Shown one piece after another: positions 1 through 12,397 of a stretch of DNA of 64,000 nt. How positions within the stretch are numbered: position 1 is the first letter of the stretch; every line of letters begins with the position of its first letter. Source of the stretch: Eledone cirrhosa. Its lineage: Eukaryota. The stretch lies in contig OZ024744.1 in the NCBI GenBank assembly GCA_964016885.1, forward strand, positions 79,298,001 through 79,362,000, written 5' to 3'. A program made the position numbers and the translations under genes. A model generated the notes under the pieces. That model was not told where the DNA came from and made no database searches. It worked only from the letters and a program-made list of their open reading frames with translations.

Positions 1-192
1 AATTAAATTAGCACCTTGTGACTAGACGTAAGAACAAATTTTGTAATAAACGGTCATTAATTTAACAGATAACTCTAGCTAGCACCGTAATTACCTCCCT
101 TTGTTCAAAAGTATAAACACTAGATTGTAACACTGAGCTATGAATTTCGATGTTAAAATCTTACTCATGCCCGTGCAGGGTTCATTATTAAA

Positions 193-376
193 GGGCGGTG
201 GATTGGTAGAGGGTCGGACGCCATGCTTTGACGTATAGAGTTAAGGCCCTTGCCATTCTGAGTTCAAATCCCGCCAAGGTTAACTTTGCCTTTCATCCTT
301 ACGGGGTCGATAAAATAAAGTACCAGTAATGTACTGGCTAATTGCTGGCCTTGTGCCTAACGTAGAAACAATTATT
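193..376 (+). mobile_element. tRNA-derived SINE with Deu/Nin-like core (octopus OK-like)
   Basis: GAGTTCAAATCC B-box and TTGCCTTTCATCCTT-CGGGGTCGATAAAATAAAGTACCAG core; other copies at about 8105-8225(-), 14087-14295, 17208-17335, 39980-40175(-), 54900-55000(-), 61712-61894(-). Confidence 0.8.
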
Positions 377-395
377 AAATTCTCTATTTTTTTAA

Positions 396-439
396 AAGCC
401 TCAGACAAGCCCCATTGGGTGAAACATGTGTAAGAGCTT
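396..439 (+). ncRNA. degenerate hammerhead ribozyme-like motif
   Basis: aagcct-CAGACAA-gccc/gggt-GAAA-catgtg-TA-agagctt; two core mismatches from CUGANGA; close to a (TA)n tract. Confidence 0.4.
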
Positions 440-714
440 TTTATAAATGTATTTTAACGGCTTGCTTCTCTTTCATCAACTTCTTTGTATATATTATATA
501 TATATATGTATATGTATGTATGTGTATATAAAAGATAAACAGAAATAACAACACAACCAGTACAGTATATGGAGGGATGTATGAGGTTAGCGCTTGCGAG
601 TGTGAGTACAAATATATTTTTTCTCGGCACTTAAAGGTTAAAAAATTCAGCTTACGTACATTGTTTTTATATATGTATGTTAGATGTATGATATCTATTT
701 TTGTTTGATTGTAG

Positions 715-844
715 GTCGAGGAGGGAGTGATGGCTGCAAGGTACCTATAAAAATTGAATCTTTACAGAGCCTCGGGGTCATAAAAGTTGAGTGTGGCTCC
801 CAATTTTCTGTTGCTTTAACACAGTCTGGTGCTGTATACACATG
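715..844 (+). CDS. HERC2: HERC2 exon, RCC1-like domain 3 (gene begins upstream of window)
   Basis: tgtag| acceptor, |gtaaat donor; encodes (G)[43 protein letters not shown], matching HERC2 RLD3 as recalled. Confidence 0.95.
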
Positions 845-998
845 GTAAATATCAGAATACAACTTCTTCTCGGTTGTATCTGCATTGTATAATGATAGGT
901 GTGATTGTTTGAAAACGTACATAGATATTATATGTGAGGGTTGGTGAACCTTTCAGTTGTGTCAAAAACAAGACGACCTCCCTAGTGTTGAACTATAC

Positions 999-1325
999 CA
1001 GAGGTTCTGAAACTTTTTTGGTCACCACCTCCCTTACGGCCACATAATACCCTCAGTGCCCACCCCTATTTTCAAAGAGACCTGCCTACACGCAAATTGT
1101 AAATAATATATAATAAATAAAATCATTAATTGATATATATAATATATACTATGTATAAATAAATAATATTATTCTTTACTATATTTATATATATATGTAT
1201 TATTTGATATTTAATATACTATTATATCATCTCTACCACCTCCACTGTCCCCTTAGGCTCCAGCGCCATCCTGGACCTTCTCAATGCCCCCCGAGGAGTG
1301 GTAGTGCCCACTTTGAGAACCTCTG
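999..1325. mobile_element. hAT-like MITE
   Basis: TIRs CAGAGGTTCTGAAA ... TTTGAGAACCTCTG; degenerate 8-bp flanks aactatac/ttctacac. Confidence 0.75.
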
Positions 1326-2451
1326 TTCTACACGATAAACCTACCCAGTAAATGCTGTAAAATCGTTGGTGATAAGAAGGGCATGAAGCTTTAGAAAATT
1401 TGCCAAAGGATTGGAAAGATTCTTCAGCTCTGTTAAAGATGTTACAACCTCCCTAGCATTGGGGATCTACACAATAAATACACCCAGTACATGATTTAAA
1501 TTTGTTGGTGATAAGAAAGGTACCCAGCCATAGAAAACCTACCAGACAGTGGTTTGAGAAGACCCTTCAGCTCTTTTAAAGATATGTCAACCTTCTTAGC
1601 ATTGGTATCATGTTAAAATGCACACAGTAGAGTGCATGTCTGTCATCATCATCATGTAAGCAAAATGTAGGCTTCCAGTCTATCTGTGCTAGAGCACTGA
1701 CTCCATGTAGTTAGGTACCTAAATGAGAAAAAGGAGTCATATAAACTTAATCAGCTTTGCTTTGTGTGACTCCTCACTATTAACGTAAAATAACCTAATA
1801 TGACGACTAGAATGTTTCAGTTGAACATTGTCTATTAAATGGTTGTGACAATGAATTAATTGCTAGTCGGCTGTCAGATTAACTTGGTTTCTATGGCTGG
1901 ATGCCCTTCCTAACACCAACCAAATTAACAGGGTGCCTTTTATTGTGGCATCAAAACGGACCACTTTACAATGTGGACTGGGTGCTTTGTGTCGTGTCAC
2001 TAAAGCAACCACTTTACAGTGTAGGCTTGACACTTTTTGTCATGGCACTTCACTAGTTTTGGTTATTTCAAACAACCTGAAACTGCTCCTGGTTTTACAA
2101 TACAAAAACTGTCTGTTTTAAAGCATTTATATTTATTTAATAGCCTTCCATTAAGAACTGTTTTGTCAGTCTTTGTTATATCACACTTTGTATGAAGATT
2201 GTTGAGTTGTTAAGAGACCTCTGTGTGTGTATGTGTGTGAGAGAGAGAGGCAGACTTGTGATTTATGTTATTTCATATGATATTGTGTGATAATATTTTT
2301 CATTCTTTGTAACCTTACTTTCAATGAATGGCATTGAATTATGAACAGACCTGTGTGTGTGTATGTGAGAGGGAGAGAAGGGCAAGCAAACGTGTGATAT
2401 ATATTATTTCATGAAATTGTGTGATAATTCTTTTAAAATTTAATTATCTAG

Positions 2452-2591
2452 GGGTAAAGGCGATTATCACAGACTTGGACATGGAACAGACGATCATGTA
2501 CGAAAACCTAGGCGGGTTTCAGCTTTACAAGGCAAGAAAGTGATTGATATTGCTTGTGGATCGCTGCATTGCGTTGCCTGTACTGATACTG
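2452..2591 (+). CDS. HERC2: HERC2 exon (RLD3)
   Basis: ctag|...|gtaagc; [46 protein letters not shown]; phase-compatible with neighbouring exons. Confidence 0.95.
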
Positions 2592-3514
2592 GTAAGCTTA
2601 TTTACTTTAACTCTTAATATCACATTACATCCATATTTTCCAAGCTTGCATGGATTGGATGAGTCTTTGCAGCACATCCTCTTCCCTCCTATTCACTCAG
2701 CCTTTTGTCCTCTTGGTATGGTTCAACATTTTTACATCAGCTCTGATCACCTCTGTTCTGGTTTTTCTTTGACTTCCTCTACTGCAGCTTCCCTCCATTG
2801 GCACTTCTTCACCTAGTGTTCATCATCCATATTCATCACACACATGACCATTCCAGCACAGCCTTCTCTCTTGCACACTACATATGATTCCTCTTGTACT
2901 CAGTTTTTCTCTTAGTTCAGGCAAATTTAACATTACACATCCAACAGAACGTCCTTCCTTCATTTCTCTTCAACCTCCCTATATCCTCCGCAGTTACTGC
3001 CCATTTAACAGAAAGTATCTAAGAAACAGGTTTTGTAAATTCAAATGTTTATAGTATCTTTATTGGTCACTCGATTGTGAAAATAAGTTTTTGCAAGTTT
3101 GTCTAGAATTAAAGATACTCTAAACTAGCATTTCCTAATGGAGTCTGTGCCACCCACTAAGAGAAAATTTGTATATTATCATCAGTGTAGAACTGCCAAA
3201 TTTTAATTTGGGGTTGAATGGGTCCTCTCCAACAGTAACCTTTTCATCATCTCCTTTCTGCTCACGCCTTCTTTGGTCAGCCTTATCTGCAGTTACCTTC
3301 CACTTGGAACAGTTGGCACTTCTTTATCCAACTCAGTTTCTCCATACACATCAAGTGCAGCCTGTTCACTTCCAGACATCTAATTCTGCTTATACACATT
3401 TTTTCTTTCAATCTCTATGTAATGTAATTATGTGTACATAATTTAGTTACTGTTTTTTGTACATACATACTTTAAATATTGGTTAATTTGAAAATGTATT
3501 CTCTTTGCTTTCAG

Positions 3515-3610
3515 GTGAGGTGTATACATGGGGTGATAACGATGAGGGTCAGTTAGGGGATAGCACCACCAATGCTATTCAAAGACCTAGACTTGTCACA
3601 GCACTTCAGG
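3515..3610 (+). CDS. HERC2: HERC2 exon (RLD3)
   Basis: ttcag|...|gtaggt; [32 protein letters not shown]. Confidence 0.95.
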
Positions 3611-4177
3611 GTAGGTTTTTTAAAACACATTTACTATACACATTGTACAATATAAAATTTATTACTGAATTTGATATTTAAAGTAATTTTAGTGAAGTAT
3701 ATGAACCATCGATTTTCTTATGTGGATATAGCTTTTATAATTATTAACTACAAAATTGTTGACTCATGAGATGTTTAATACCTGCTTATTATTGGTCCAA
3801 TCTTATTTATGGCTAGTATTTCTAGGATCTACTTGTATGGAATACAACAGACCTATCAACTCTCCCCTGTCCAACAGGGAGATCTCCCACATACTTTAAG
3901 CTGGGTGAGAGATGTCTTCTCTTTTGAAAATGAATATAGCTTTCATTATGTAAAATCTCCCCATTTTAATCATTTCTTCCTGTTTTGGGACACTTTTTTT
4001 CATGGTACTCCTCGTGTAGGGTTTTAGAGGTTGGCAGGTGTGAATACAATCAATGATTTTCTGGTAGTCAACCCAAGACTTCTGTTAAGGCTTTATTAAT
4101 GTGTAATTGATCTTTATATAGTTTTCTGCAGCGTCCTTTTTTTTTTTCCAGGCGTTTATTCAATCTGCCATATTGTT

Positions 4178-5030
4178 GCACTTAAGGCTTTGTATTTGGT
4201 GGGATGACAGTTTATTATGGGTCTTAAGGCTTTGTATTTGGTGGGATGACGGTTTATTATGGGTCTTAAGGCTTTGTATTTGGTGGGATGACGGTTTATT
4301 ATGGGTCTTAAGGCTTTGTATTTGGTGGGATGACGGTTTATTATGGGTCTTAAGGCTTTGTATTTGGTGGGATGACGGTTTATTATGGGTCTTAAGGCTT
4401 TGTATTTGGTGGGATGACAGGTTATTATGAGTCTTAAGACTTTGTATTTGGTGGGATGACAAGTTATGTGTCTTAAGACTTTGTATTTGGTGGGATGACA
4501 CGTTATGGGTCTTAAGACTTTGTATTTGGTGGGATGACAAGTTATGGGTCTTAAGACTTTGTATTTGGTGGGATGACAAGTTATGGGTTTTAAGACTTTG
4601 TATTTGGTGGGATGACAAGTTATGGGTCTTGAGGCTTTGTATTTGGTGGGATGACAAGTTATGGGTCTTAAGACTTTGTATTTGGTGGGATGACAAGTTA
4701 TGGGTCTTGAGGCTTTGTATTTCATGGGATGACAAGTTATTATGGGTCTTAAGGCTTTGTATTTGGTGGGATGACAAGTTATGGGTCTTGAGGCTTTGTA
4801 TTTCATGGGATGACAAGTTATTATGTGTCTTAAGGCTTTGTATTTGGTGGGATGACAAGTTATGGGTCTTGAGGCTTTGTATTTCATGGGATGACAAGTT
4901 ATTATGGGTCTTAAGGCTTTGTATTTGGTGGGATGACAAGTTATGGGTCTTGAGGCTTTGTATTTCATGGGATGACAAGTTATTATGGGTCTTAAGGCTT
5001 TGTATTTGGTGGGATGACGGTTTATTATCG
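4178..5030. repeat. intronic minisatellite, about 21 units of 39/42 bp
   Basis: unit (tta)ttatgggtcttRagRctttgtatttggtgggatgacaag repeated in tandem. Confidence 0.97.
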
Positions 5031-5109
5031 GTCTGTAGGTTTTATGGTTTTATTTGTTTGTGCCTGTATTTTTAATGATTAATTTACAAACTATTCCTCT
5101 ATTTTGTAG

Positions 5110-5402
5110 GTACAAAGATAAATAGAGTTGCGTGTGGTTCTGCCCATAGTTTAGCTTGGTCTACAAACAAACCCATCAGTGCAGGGAAGTTGCCTTCAGT
5201 CATACCGTTAGAATATAATCACCTCCAGTCAATACCAATACCTGTTCTTAGAAATAGGCTTGTATTGCTTCATCACTTCTCAGATCTTTTTTGTCCATCA
5301 ATACCTATGTTTGATCTCCAAGAAGGTGGCTCAGAGAGCAGCCGAGGAGAAGTTCTAACTAACTTAAATGCTCTTCGGGGAGTTTTAGTTTCTGCTTCAA
5401 AG
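5110..5402 (+). CDS. HERC2: HERC2 exon (end of RLD3 and linker)
   Basis: tgtag|...|gtaaac; GTKINRVACGSAHSLAWSTNKP...PLEYNHLQ...LRGVLVSASK. Confidence 0.95.
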
Positions 5403-5512
5403 GTAAACAAACCTGTGTTTTATATATTTCATTTTTCTTAGTGAGAAATGTTGCAATGTGTTGATAAATTATCCTACTTTTATACCTAACTTACTGTTAA
5501 TTCCTCTTTTAA

Positions 5513-5705
5513 CCCTTTAGTATTTAAACCGGCTGTAGCCAGCCAGAATTCTCTCAACTCTTTCTGTTCAAACCGGCTGAATCTGGCCACTCATACGGTA
5601 TTGTTCTCAAATTAAATATCAAAATCTCGCAGATTCGATATGTGAGATAAAGTCTTTATTGTGAAAATATAATAGTAAATGTAGAGTAATGTAAATGTTA
5701 AAGGA
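5513..5705. mobile_element. piggyBac-like MITE family 1
   Basis: TTAA|CCCTTTAGtATTTA ... TAAATGTTAAAGGA|TTAA; further copies at about 12845-12986, 15147-15339, 16780-16935, 20610-20807, 24243-24427, 26610-26796, 27181-27355, 27690-27862. Confidence 0.85.
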
Positions 5706-6013
5706 TTAATGCAAGCCACTTGACAATTTTGCACATGTTAGTCGTTATAAATTTAAGAAATATTGGGCAATTATACTGTCCAGTGGTTATCTCTATGGCT
5801 ACAGGACAAACAGGATTTGGACTCACACTCTATGCAACTTTGTTCCTAAATGAATTTTTTTTTTTCCCCAAGTCAAAACTGCATTTCATTTTAATGAAAA
5901 CATTCTTGCTATTTAAATTTTCATTATCTGCTGACTAACTTTGCATGGGAGTGTGTTTGATAAATTTGGTCCTACAATATTTATTCATTTATTATTTATA
6001 CTTTGTGTTGTAG

Positions 6014-6097
6014 GAAGCTTCTTTCCGAAAAGTTGTGCAAGCAACAGCAGTCCGAGATCGACAACATGGACCAGTTGTAGAACTAAACAGAATTCAG
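6014..6097 (+). CDS. HERC2: HERC2 exon (pre-HECT)
   Basis: tgtag|...|gtaagt; [28 protein letters not shown]. Confidence 0.95.
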
Positions 6098-6665
6098 GTA
6101 AGTCTTTTGCATCCTGTACTGGTTATTTACTAATAGAAATAACTGTGTTTTTTACCTGAACTAGCCGAAGGACTGAGCCCATGCTATGGCACTGCCATTT
6201 ATACTGTAACTAATAGGTTTTCAATATACTGTTGTTGTTTTTGATTTCCAAAGCAGGTTAATAAGAAATTCCATGCCCATTCTAAAACTCCAGTAGTGTC
6301 TCTTATGTGATGCATGTTTTTTGTGTGCATCCAATTTAGAATAGCAATGCCATATTCCAGCACATTGTGAAACGTGACTAAAAGAGCTGGCGCTAAGAAG
6401 GGTATCTAGATGTAAAGCAATTGCTCAAAAAGGACCCAATGGTAAACATGAAGTTAAGTAAGGATTAACCCTGAGGACCTTTTAATAAAGTGGGGGGAAA
6501 TGGCCTTAAAATGTTGTCTTAGTAGATGCATGGCTGACTAGAAAGAATTTTATTTATGTTGGTATGGTATTAAGAAATGCATAATTTTCTTGTCTAATAA
6601 ATTTACAACATTGTATTACATATATAAGAGTCAATCACTTATCCTGTCTTTATTATTATTATTAG

Positions 6666-6807
6666 GTTAAAAGATCTCGAAGTCGTGGTGGCCTTGCAGG
6701 CCCTGATGGTACAAAATCAGTATTTGGGCAGATGGCTGCCAAAATGAGTGTATTTGGTCCCGATAGCCTAATGCTACCGCACCGGATATGGAAAGTTAAA
6801 TTTGTTG
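6666..6807 (+). CDS. HERC2: HERC2 exon (HECT N-terminus)
   Basis: attag|...|gtaaga; [47 protein letters not shown]. Confidence 0.95.
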
Positions 6808-7530
6808 GTAAGATTTCACTTGATATTCATTCTTTAACTCTTTCTTATCAAATTTCTAATGAAATACACTGCGTAAGCTTTAAGGATTTGGAAATTAAGC
6901 TGGTGATTGAATCACAACTTACATAAAGTTATGATAAAAGGCTTTTTGTATCTTCAAATGTATCCTTGGTTTTACAAATCGGCACACAATTTCCTTGTAT
7001 GTTATAAGAGGTGACAAGATACTGGCATAAGGAGGAAGGCCTAAAAATCCTGTTTAACTTCTGCCAATATGTATTAGACAAGGCCTTTGGAAGAGCTGAC
7101 GTCAAAATGCTGATTAAAATTATTTTATATTATAAATTTGTTTTTTATCTTAGATATGTATTTAATAATTTTGTCATTATTTCATTTTAGGAAAACAAAT
7201 TTTTGTGAACCCTAGACTTTTTGAAAAAATGTGATTTTGATCATTTTGATCCCCCTAGAAAATAACAAATATCTTGAGGATTATTCATTTTGTTACATCT
7301 AAACCTACTTAGATATGTCCCCATAGGTTGTTATTGTTAAAATAGTTTATTTTGAGGTATTTCAGTGTAAAGTTTCAATTTTACTATTAAACGTAGCTGT
7401 TAGGAATTTGAAATTTTGTTTCACTCTACCCAACTTAACGTTAAATTTTTTATAACTATTGAATTGATTGGACTGAAAGTGATCTTTATTGTTTGTGTAG
7501 GTTATTGTAAAGTAATTTATATATTTTCAG

Positions 7531-7725
7531 GTGAAAGCGTTGACGATTGTGGAGGAGGTTATAGTGAGTCAATTGCTGAAATGTGTGATGAACTTCAAAA
7601 TGGCTCACTTTCATTACTCATCGTAACACCAAATGGTCGAGATGAATCTGGAGCAAACCGTGACTGCTTTTTATTAAATCCAATGTTGAAGTCTCCACTT
7701 CATCAAAACATGTTTAGATATTTAG
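7531..7725 (+). CDS. HERC2: HERC2 exon (HECT)
   Basis: ttcag|...|gtaaac; [25 protein letters not shown]...HQNMFRYL. Confidence 0.96.
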
Positions 7726-7804
7726 GTAAACAATTTCTACAAAAATATTCTCTCTATTTCAAACGTATACCTAATGTTATTCTTTTGTTGTGAATGCTGT
7801 TTAA

Positions 7805-8019
7805 CCCCTTTTGTTAACCATATTTTTTATCAATGCAGCCAGTTTAAATGTTAAAGAGTTGATTAATGAAGAATTTGGGAAAGATTTACTAAGATTAGAT
7901 TTTCATTAACATGTTATTTATAACAACAAAATGTCCTTTCATAAAATTATGCTGGAAAGTTTTAATTTACTAAGAACCCTTTAAAACAGGTGGTTTTGGG
8001 TGGGTTGGTATCAAAAAGG
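7805..8019. mobile_element. piggyBac-like MITE family 2
   Basis: TTAA|CCCCTTTTGTTAACCA ... TGGTATCAAAAAGG|TTAT; related copies at about 14717-14943, 20380-20605, 22477-22662, 24572-25030, 27100-27452. Confidence 0.7.
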
Positions 8020-8941
8020 TTATAGGTGTGCATTGTAAGTTTTTTTTTTTTTTTGTACTATAATTCATATAAATAATATATTATTATATAATCTAATAAA
8101 TACTACCAAGGCTAGAAATTTATTTGGGGGTGGGGATTAGTTGGTTATGTCAAACCCCTGTGCTTTATTATCTTCAGAAGGATGAAAATCAAAGTTGCTA
8201 TTGGTGAAACATGAACTCGGAATGTAAAGGGTATGTCCCTTTACATTCAGAGTTCATTGAATACAAAGCATTTTGTCTGATACTCCAATGATTTGGATAA
8301 CGATAACATAAACGCTAGTATCTAACTCAGAAAGTGTAAAATCTGTTTTTATTGACAATAAATTTACTTGGATTTGTAGTGGTGGTGATGGTAGTAGGAA
8401 AGGGAGAAGGGCTATTAGTATCCAGTATTGAAAATGTAAAATTTGTTTTTATTAATAATAAATATTCTGATTTGTGAAAATAGTAATAATCTATATTACT
8501 GTAAAGAGCACTGTCTCTCCATCCCTCCGTCCATCACGCTCACTTTATATAGAGAGGGGGGTGCACCAAGCATGATATATGTGCATAGAGAGAGAAAAGG
8601 GAACACAGTGTGTTTTTGAGGTGACAGAAAGAGGTAGATAGACAGAAAGTTATGATGTTGCCCTCATCTATATATAGAGAGAAAAGAAATGTCATTTGTT
8701 CAGAGAGAGTATACGTGACAGAAAGGGAGAAGACATCGCCCTCATCTAGTAATAATAATAGTGACATCATCGTTTTACGTCCATTTTCCACACTAGCATG
8801 TGTTAGACGAGTTGTCCTGTGGTAGGCAATGTTAGGTGAGGTGACCATGTCTTGCTCATACAGAATTGATTTTGGCTTGGTTTTTACATTACCTTTTCAT
8901 ATTTACTCATATACAATACATGTTTATATTTACTCATAAAG

Positions 8942-9076
8942 GAATGCTGATGGGTATTGCAATTCGAACTGGAAGTCCACTTAGCCTTAATATAGCAGAA
9001 CCAGTATGGAAACAGCTAGCAGGGATGCCTTTGACAATAAGTGATTTAACTGAGGTTGATAAAGATTTTGTTCCTG
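8942..9076 (+). CDS. HERC2: HERC2 exon (HECT)
   Basis: AAG acceptor (cataaag|), |gtaagc donor; [45 protein letters not shown]. Confidence 0.92.
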
Positions 9077-9467
9077 GTAAGCTTAGAGCATTCTCTTGTT
9101 CTTTTTTTAATGGTGATATTTTTTTAGAAACACTGACACACGTGTGCATCTCCATGCATTTATATGTATGACTATATAAATATAAACGTACAAACACAGA
9201 CACACTACAGACATACTTACAAAAATTCACACTCAGAGACATACATTCATACACTCACACACAGCATAACAAATGGAATGCCAGCCGCTATTTTGCTATA
9301 GTTTTTTCACCAACCCCTGCCTTCCTTTTACACACACACATATTTTCACACAGGCAGCAGATGTAAAGAGACAGGAGTGGTATGAGGTAGTCAAACTACT
9401 CCTCTCTCTTTACGTGTTGTGATAGCATCGCAGAAATTTACATATAGATTTTTCTTTTTTTAATTTA

Positions 9468-9669
9468 CCCTATATATTCGAATATAAGTCGACTCCACTG
9501 TTTTATGCCTGAGAAATGGGCTAAAATCCAACCTTTATTTACATAGAATTTGAAGTTGGTGAAAATTGTCAAAATATTGGACCCAGATATAAGCACCACC
9601 ACCCCGTTGTCTCCTCATACCATAGGATATTTTGGTCACATTCTTCGGCTTATATTCAATTATATACAG
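9468..9669. mobile_element. Tc1/mariner-superfamily MITE
   Basis: TA|CCCTATATATTCGAATATAAGTCGA ... TCGGCTTATATTCAATTATATACAG|TA: about 25-bp TIRs with TA TSD. Confidence 0.8.
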
Positions 9670-9771
9670 TAATTTAGTAACGTATATTTGTGTGTTGCAC
9701 ATTAGTAAGGAAAATTCAACTGATAAGGTATGATTTCCTTGGCTATGTCAAAATTTATAAAACACTCTTTG

Positions 9772-9833
9772 TATTTTATCTGATGAGTGCGTACCAAAGT
9801 TGTTGGTACCTTTGAAATATATATAATAGAATA
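9772..9833 (+). ncRNA. minimal type I hammerhead ribozyme (PLE/retrozyme remnant), sense to HERC2 intron
   Basis: tattttat-CTGATGA-gtgc gtaccaa/ttggtac cttt-GAAA-tatata-TA-atagaata; homologs at 55459 and 61289. Confidence 0.7.
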
Positions 9834-9947
9834 AATATAGTTTCCATTTATTTAATATCATTGAATATTTACTCCAGAAATTTGTCGAGTGCTCTGAATC
9901 AGTTATAAACATTTATATTTGTTGTATTTCCAATTAAATATCCCTTC

Positions 9948-9992
<45 letters not shown>

Positions 9993-10066
9993 ATGTATAT
10001 GTATATATATACATATATATATGTATGTGTATATATATATGTATGTGTATGTATATATATGTATGT

Positions 10067-10404
10067 ATCATCGTCATCATTTCCTTTTACGTCCGTTTTT
10101 TCCCTGCTTGCAAGGGTGGGACGGGAACTGATGCTGGCTTGATTTCTACAGCTGGATGCCCTTCCTAACACCAACCTCATTTACAGTGAGTGCTGAGTGC
10201 TTTTTTTGCCGTTGCACCTCCACGACCACTTTGCAGTGGAATGATATGGACCCCAGTCCCTATCATCTCATTTCTACAGCTGAGTAAATTGGAGCAATGT
10301 GAAATAAAGTGTCTTGCTCAAGGAAACAACACATCACCCGGTCTGAGAACTCCCAGCCTTTCGATTGCAAGGCCAATGCTCTAACCACTAAGCCATGTGC
10401 CTCC
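10067..10404 (-). mobile_element. tRNA-headed CORE-type SINE with RTE-derived tail
   Basis: reverse complement of the 51911-52276 family; (ATG)n tail. Confidence 0.85.
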
Positions 10405-10469
10405 ATATATGTATATATATATGTATGTATGTGTATATATATATATATATATGTATGTATATATATATA

Positions 10470-10739
10470 TTGAGCAAGACACTTTATTTCACATTGTTCC
10501 CGTTTACTCAGCTGTAGAAATGAGATAATAGGACTGGGGTCCCTATCATTCCACGCCAAAAAGAGCACCCAGCTCACACTGTAGAGTGGACGTGTAGGCG
10601 CCACGGAAAGAAAAAGGACCCAGCACTCACTGTAAATGAGGTTGGTGTTAGGAAGGGCATCCAGCTGTAGAAATCAAGCCAGAATCCGTTCCCGTTCGAC
10701 CCTTGCAAGCATGGAAAAGTGGACTTAAAATTATGATGA

Positions 10740-10743
<4 letters not shown>
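10470..10743 (+). mobile_element. 5'-truncated CORE-type SINE with RTE-derived tail
   Basis: TTGAGCAAGACACTTTATTTCAC core to GGAAAAGTGGACTTAAAATTATGATGAT tail. Confidence 0.85.
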
Positions 10744-10781
<38 letters not shown>

Positions 10782-10845
10782 ATATAAATACATACATATA
10801 TATACATATATTGTGAGTTCAATTCTCAGACCGGGTGATGATGAT

Positions 10846-10881
<36 letters not shown>

Positions 10882-10892
10882 TACATACATTT

Positions 10893-11213
10893 TCATCATT
10901 TCATTTTACGTCCGCTTTTCCCTGCTTGCAAGGGTGGGACGGGAACTGATGCTGGCTTGATTTCTACAGCTGGATGCCCTTCCTAACACCAACCTCATTT
11001 ACAGTGAGTGCTGGGTGCTTTTTTGCCGTGGCACCTACACGACCACTTTGCAGTGGAATGATAGGGACCCCAGTCCCTATCATCTCATTTCTACAGCTGA
11101 GCAATGTGAAATAAAGTGTCTTGCTCAAGGAAACAACACATCACCCGGTCTGAGAATTGAACTCACAACCTTTCGATTGCAAGGCCAATGCTCTAACCAC
11201 TAAGCCATGTGCC
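10893..11213 (-). mobile_element. CORE-type SINE with RTE-derived tail
   Basis: closely similar to 10067-10404. Confidence 0.85.
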
Positions 11214-11337
11214 TCACTTTATTTCACATTGCTCCTTCTACCTGGAGTTGCGACCAATAGATAGTACTAGCAACTGGAAAGTCCGACGGACTTTGTTTCC
11301 TCGGTCCGATTTGACGAAAGTCGATCAATCCTTTATT

Positions 11338-11384
<47 letters not shown>

Positions 11385-11744
11385 GGCTTAAAAATGGAAT
11401 GAGAATAAGGAAGCAAGTATGTATATACGTATGTGTGTATATGTATGTACGTATGTATGTATTTATGTGTGTGTGTGTGTGTATATATATATGTATATAT
11501 ATATGTATTATGTCGGGTCACTCTTGAGTGCTACTAGTAACATGTAACTCAGAACAATCTGTTGCATGGCCAGGTTGTCGGCGACTAAATCAGCAACCCC
11601 ACCAAGTAAACTTGATGGGGAGGGTGATTTTGGACACCCTGAAGGACAAAAAACAAAACCTGGCAAAGGGCGGAAGAACTCTTGATAGTCAACGGCCATC
11701 CAAAAATGTGTAAATATGTATGTGTATGTATATGTGCGAGGACA

Positions 11745-12080
11745 TAGAAATAATCAGGCTGGATACCCGATCGCTCAGTTAAACCACTGGGAGTGAAGGA
11801 CCCCTAACCTTTGTCAGAGCATTCTTCTAGGAGAAGGCAACTCAGGAAACTAGGATAACTCCGATATAAAACCTGCGGCTCAGTAGTTACCGATGATGTT
11901 GATATTTTCTTCTTTTCAGGTTATAGCTACTGTTGCTCAGAGAGTGGGATTGGCTCAGTGCACAGTCTTTCCTCACTTTAAAAAATATCTTCACGCACAG
12001 TCATTGCACGATAGCATTAATTAATAATTGTTAATAATGGTATATCGTGCAATGGCCATACTCGATAACGAGGGGGCAGC
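11745..12080 (+). mobile_element. unclassified retroposon-like fragment
   Basis: CTAGGAGAAGGCAACTC...TAAAACC motif resembling RTE 5' UTR-derived sequence; flanked by microsatellites. Confidence 0.3.
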
Positions 12081-12397
12081 CATTTTATATATATATATAT
12101 ATATTATGTATGTATGTGTATGCATGTATGTGTGTGTGTGTGTTAATCTTTAGTAATCAGTTTTTAAAACTCAGTAATGTGCTTTCATGTGTGTTAGTGA
12201 GCTGAAACTAAGAGAGATGGTTATATTATATTCCTACACTAAAGATCCTAGATGTAGTACGCATGCATAGTGTGTATGTAATGTAATTCTAATTATATAT
12301 TACAATGACACAAACCTTCATATATGTGTATTATTACTCTTTATTAATCAGTATTAAAACTCACTATGTACCTCCTCATGTATTTTATTTTTTATAG

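Noticed and set aside
4178-5030. CRISPR-like appearance
   Set aside because: Contiguous tandem units with no unique spacers, in a eukaryotic intron.
4156-5075. 270-aa and 272-aa repetitive ORFs on the minisatellite
   Set aside because: Artefact of 39/42-bp units inside an intron; no splice or homology support.
8211-8257. About 20-bp-arm hairpin
   Set aside because: Inverted duplication at the truncated end of a SINE copy.
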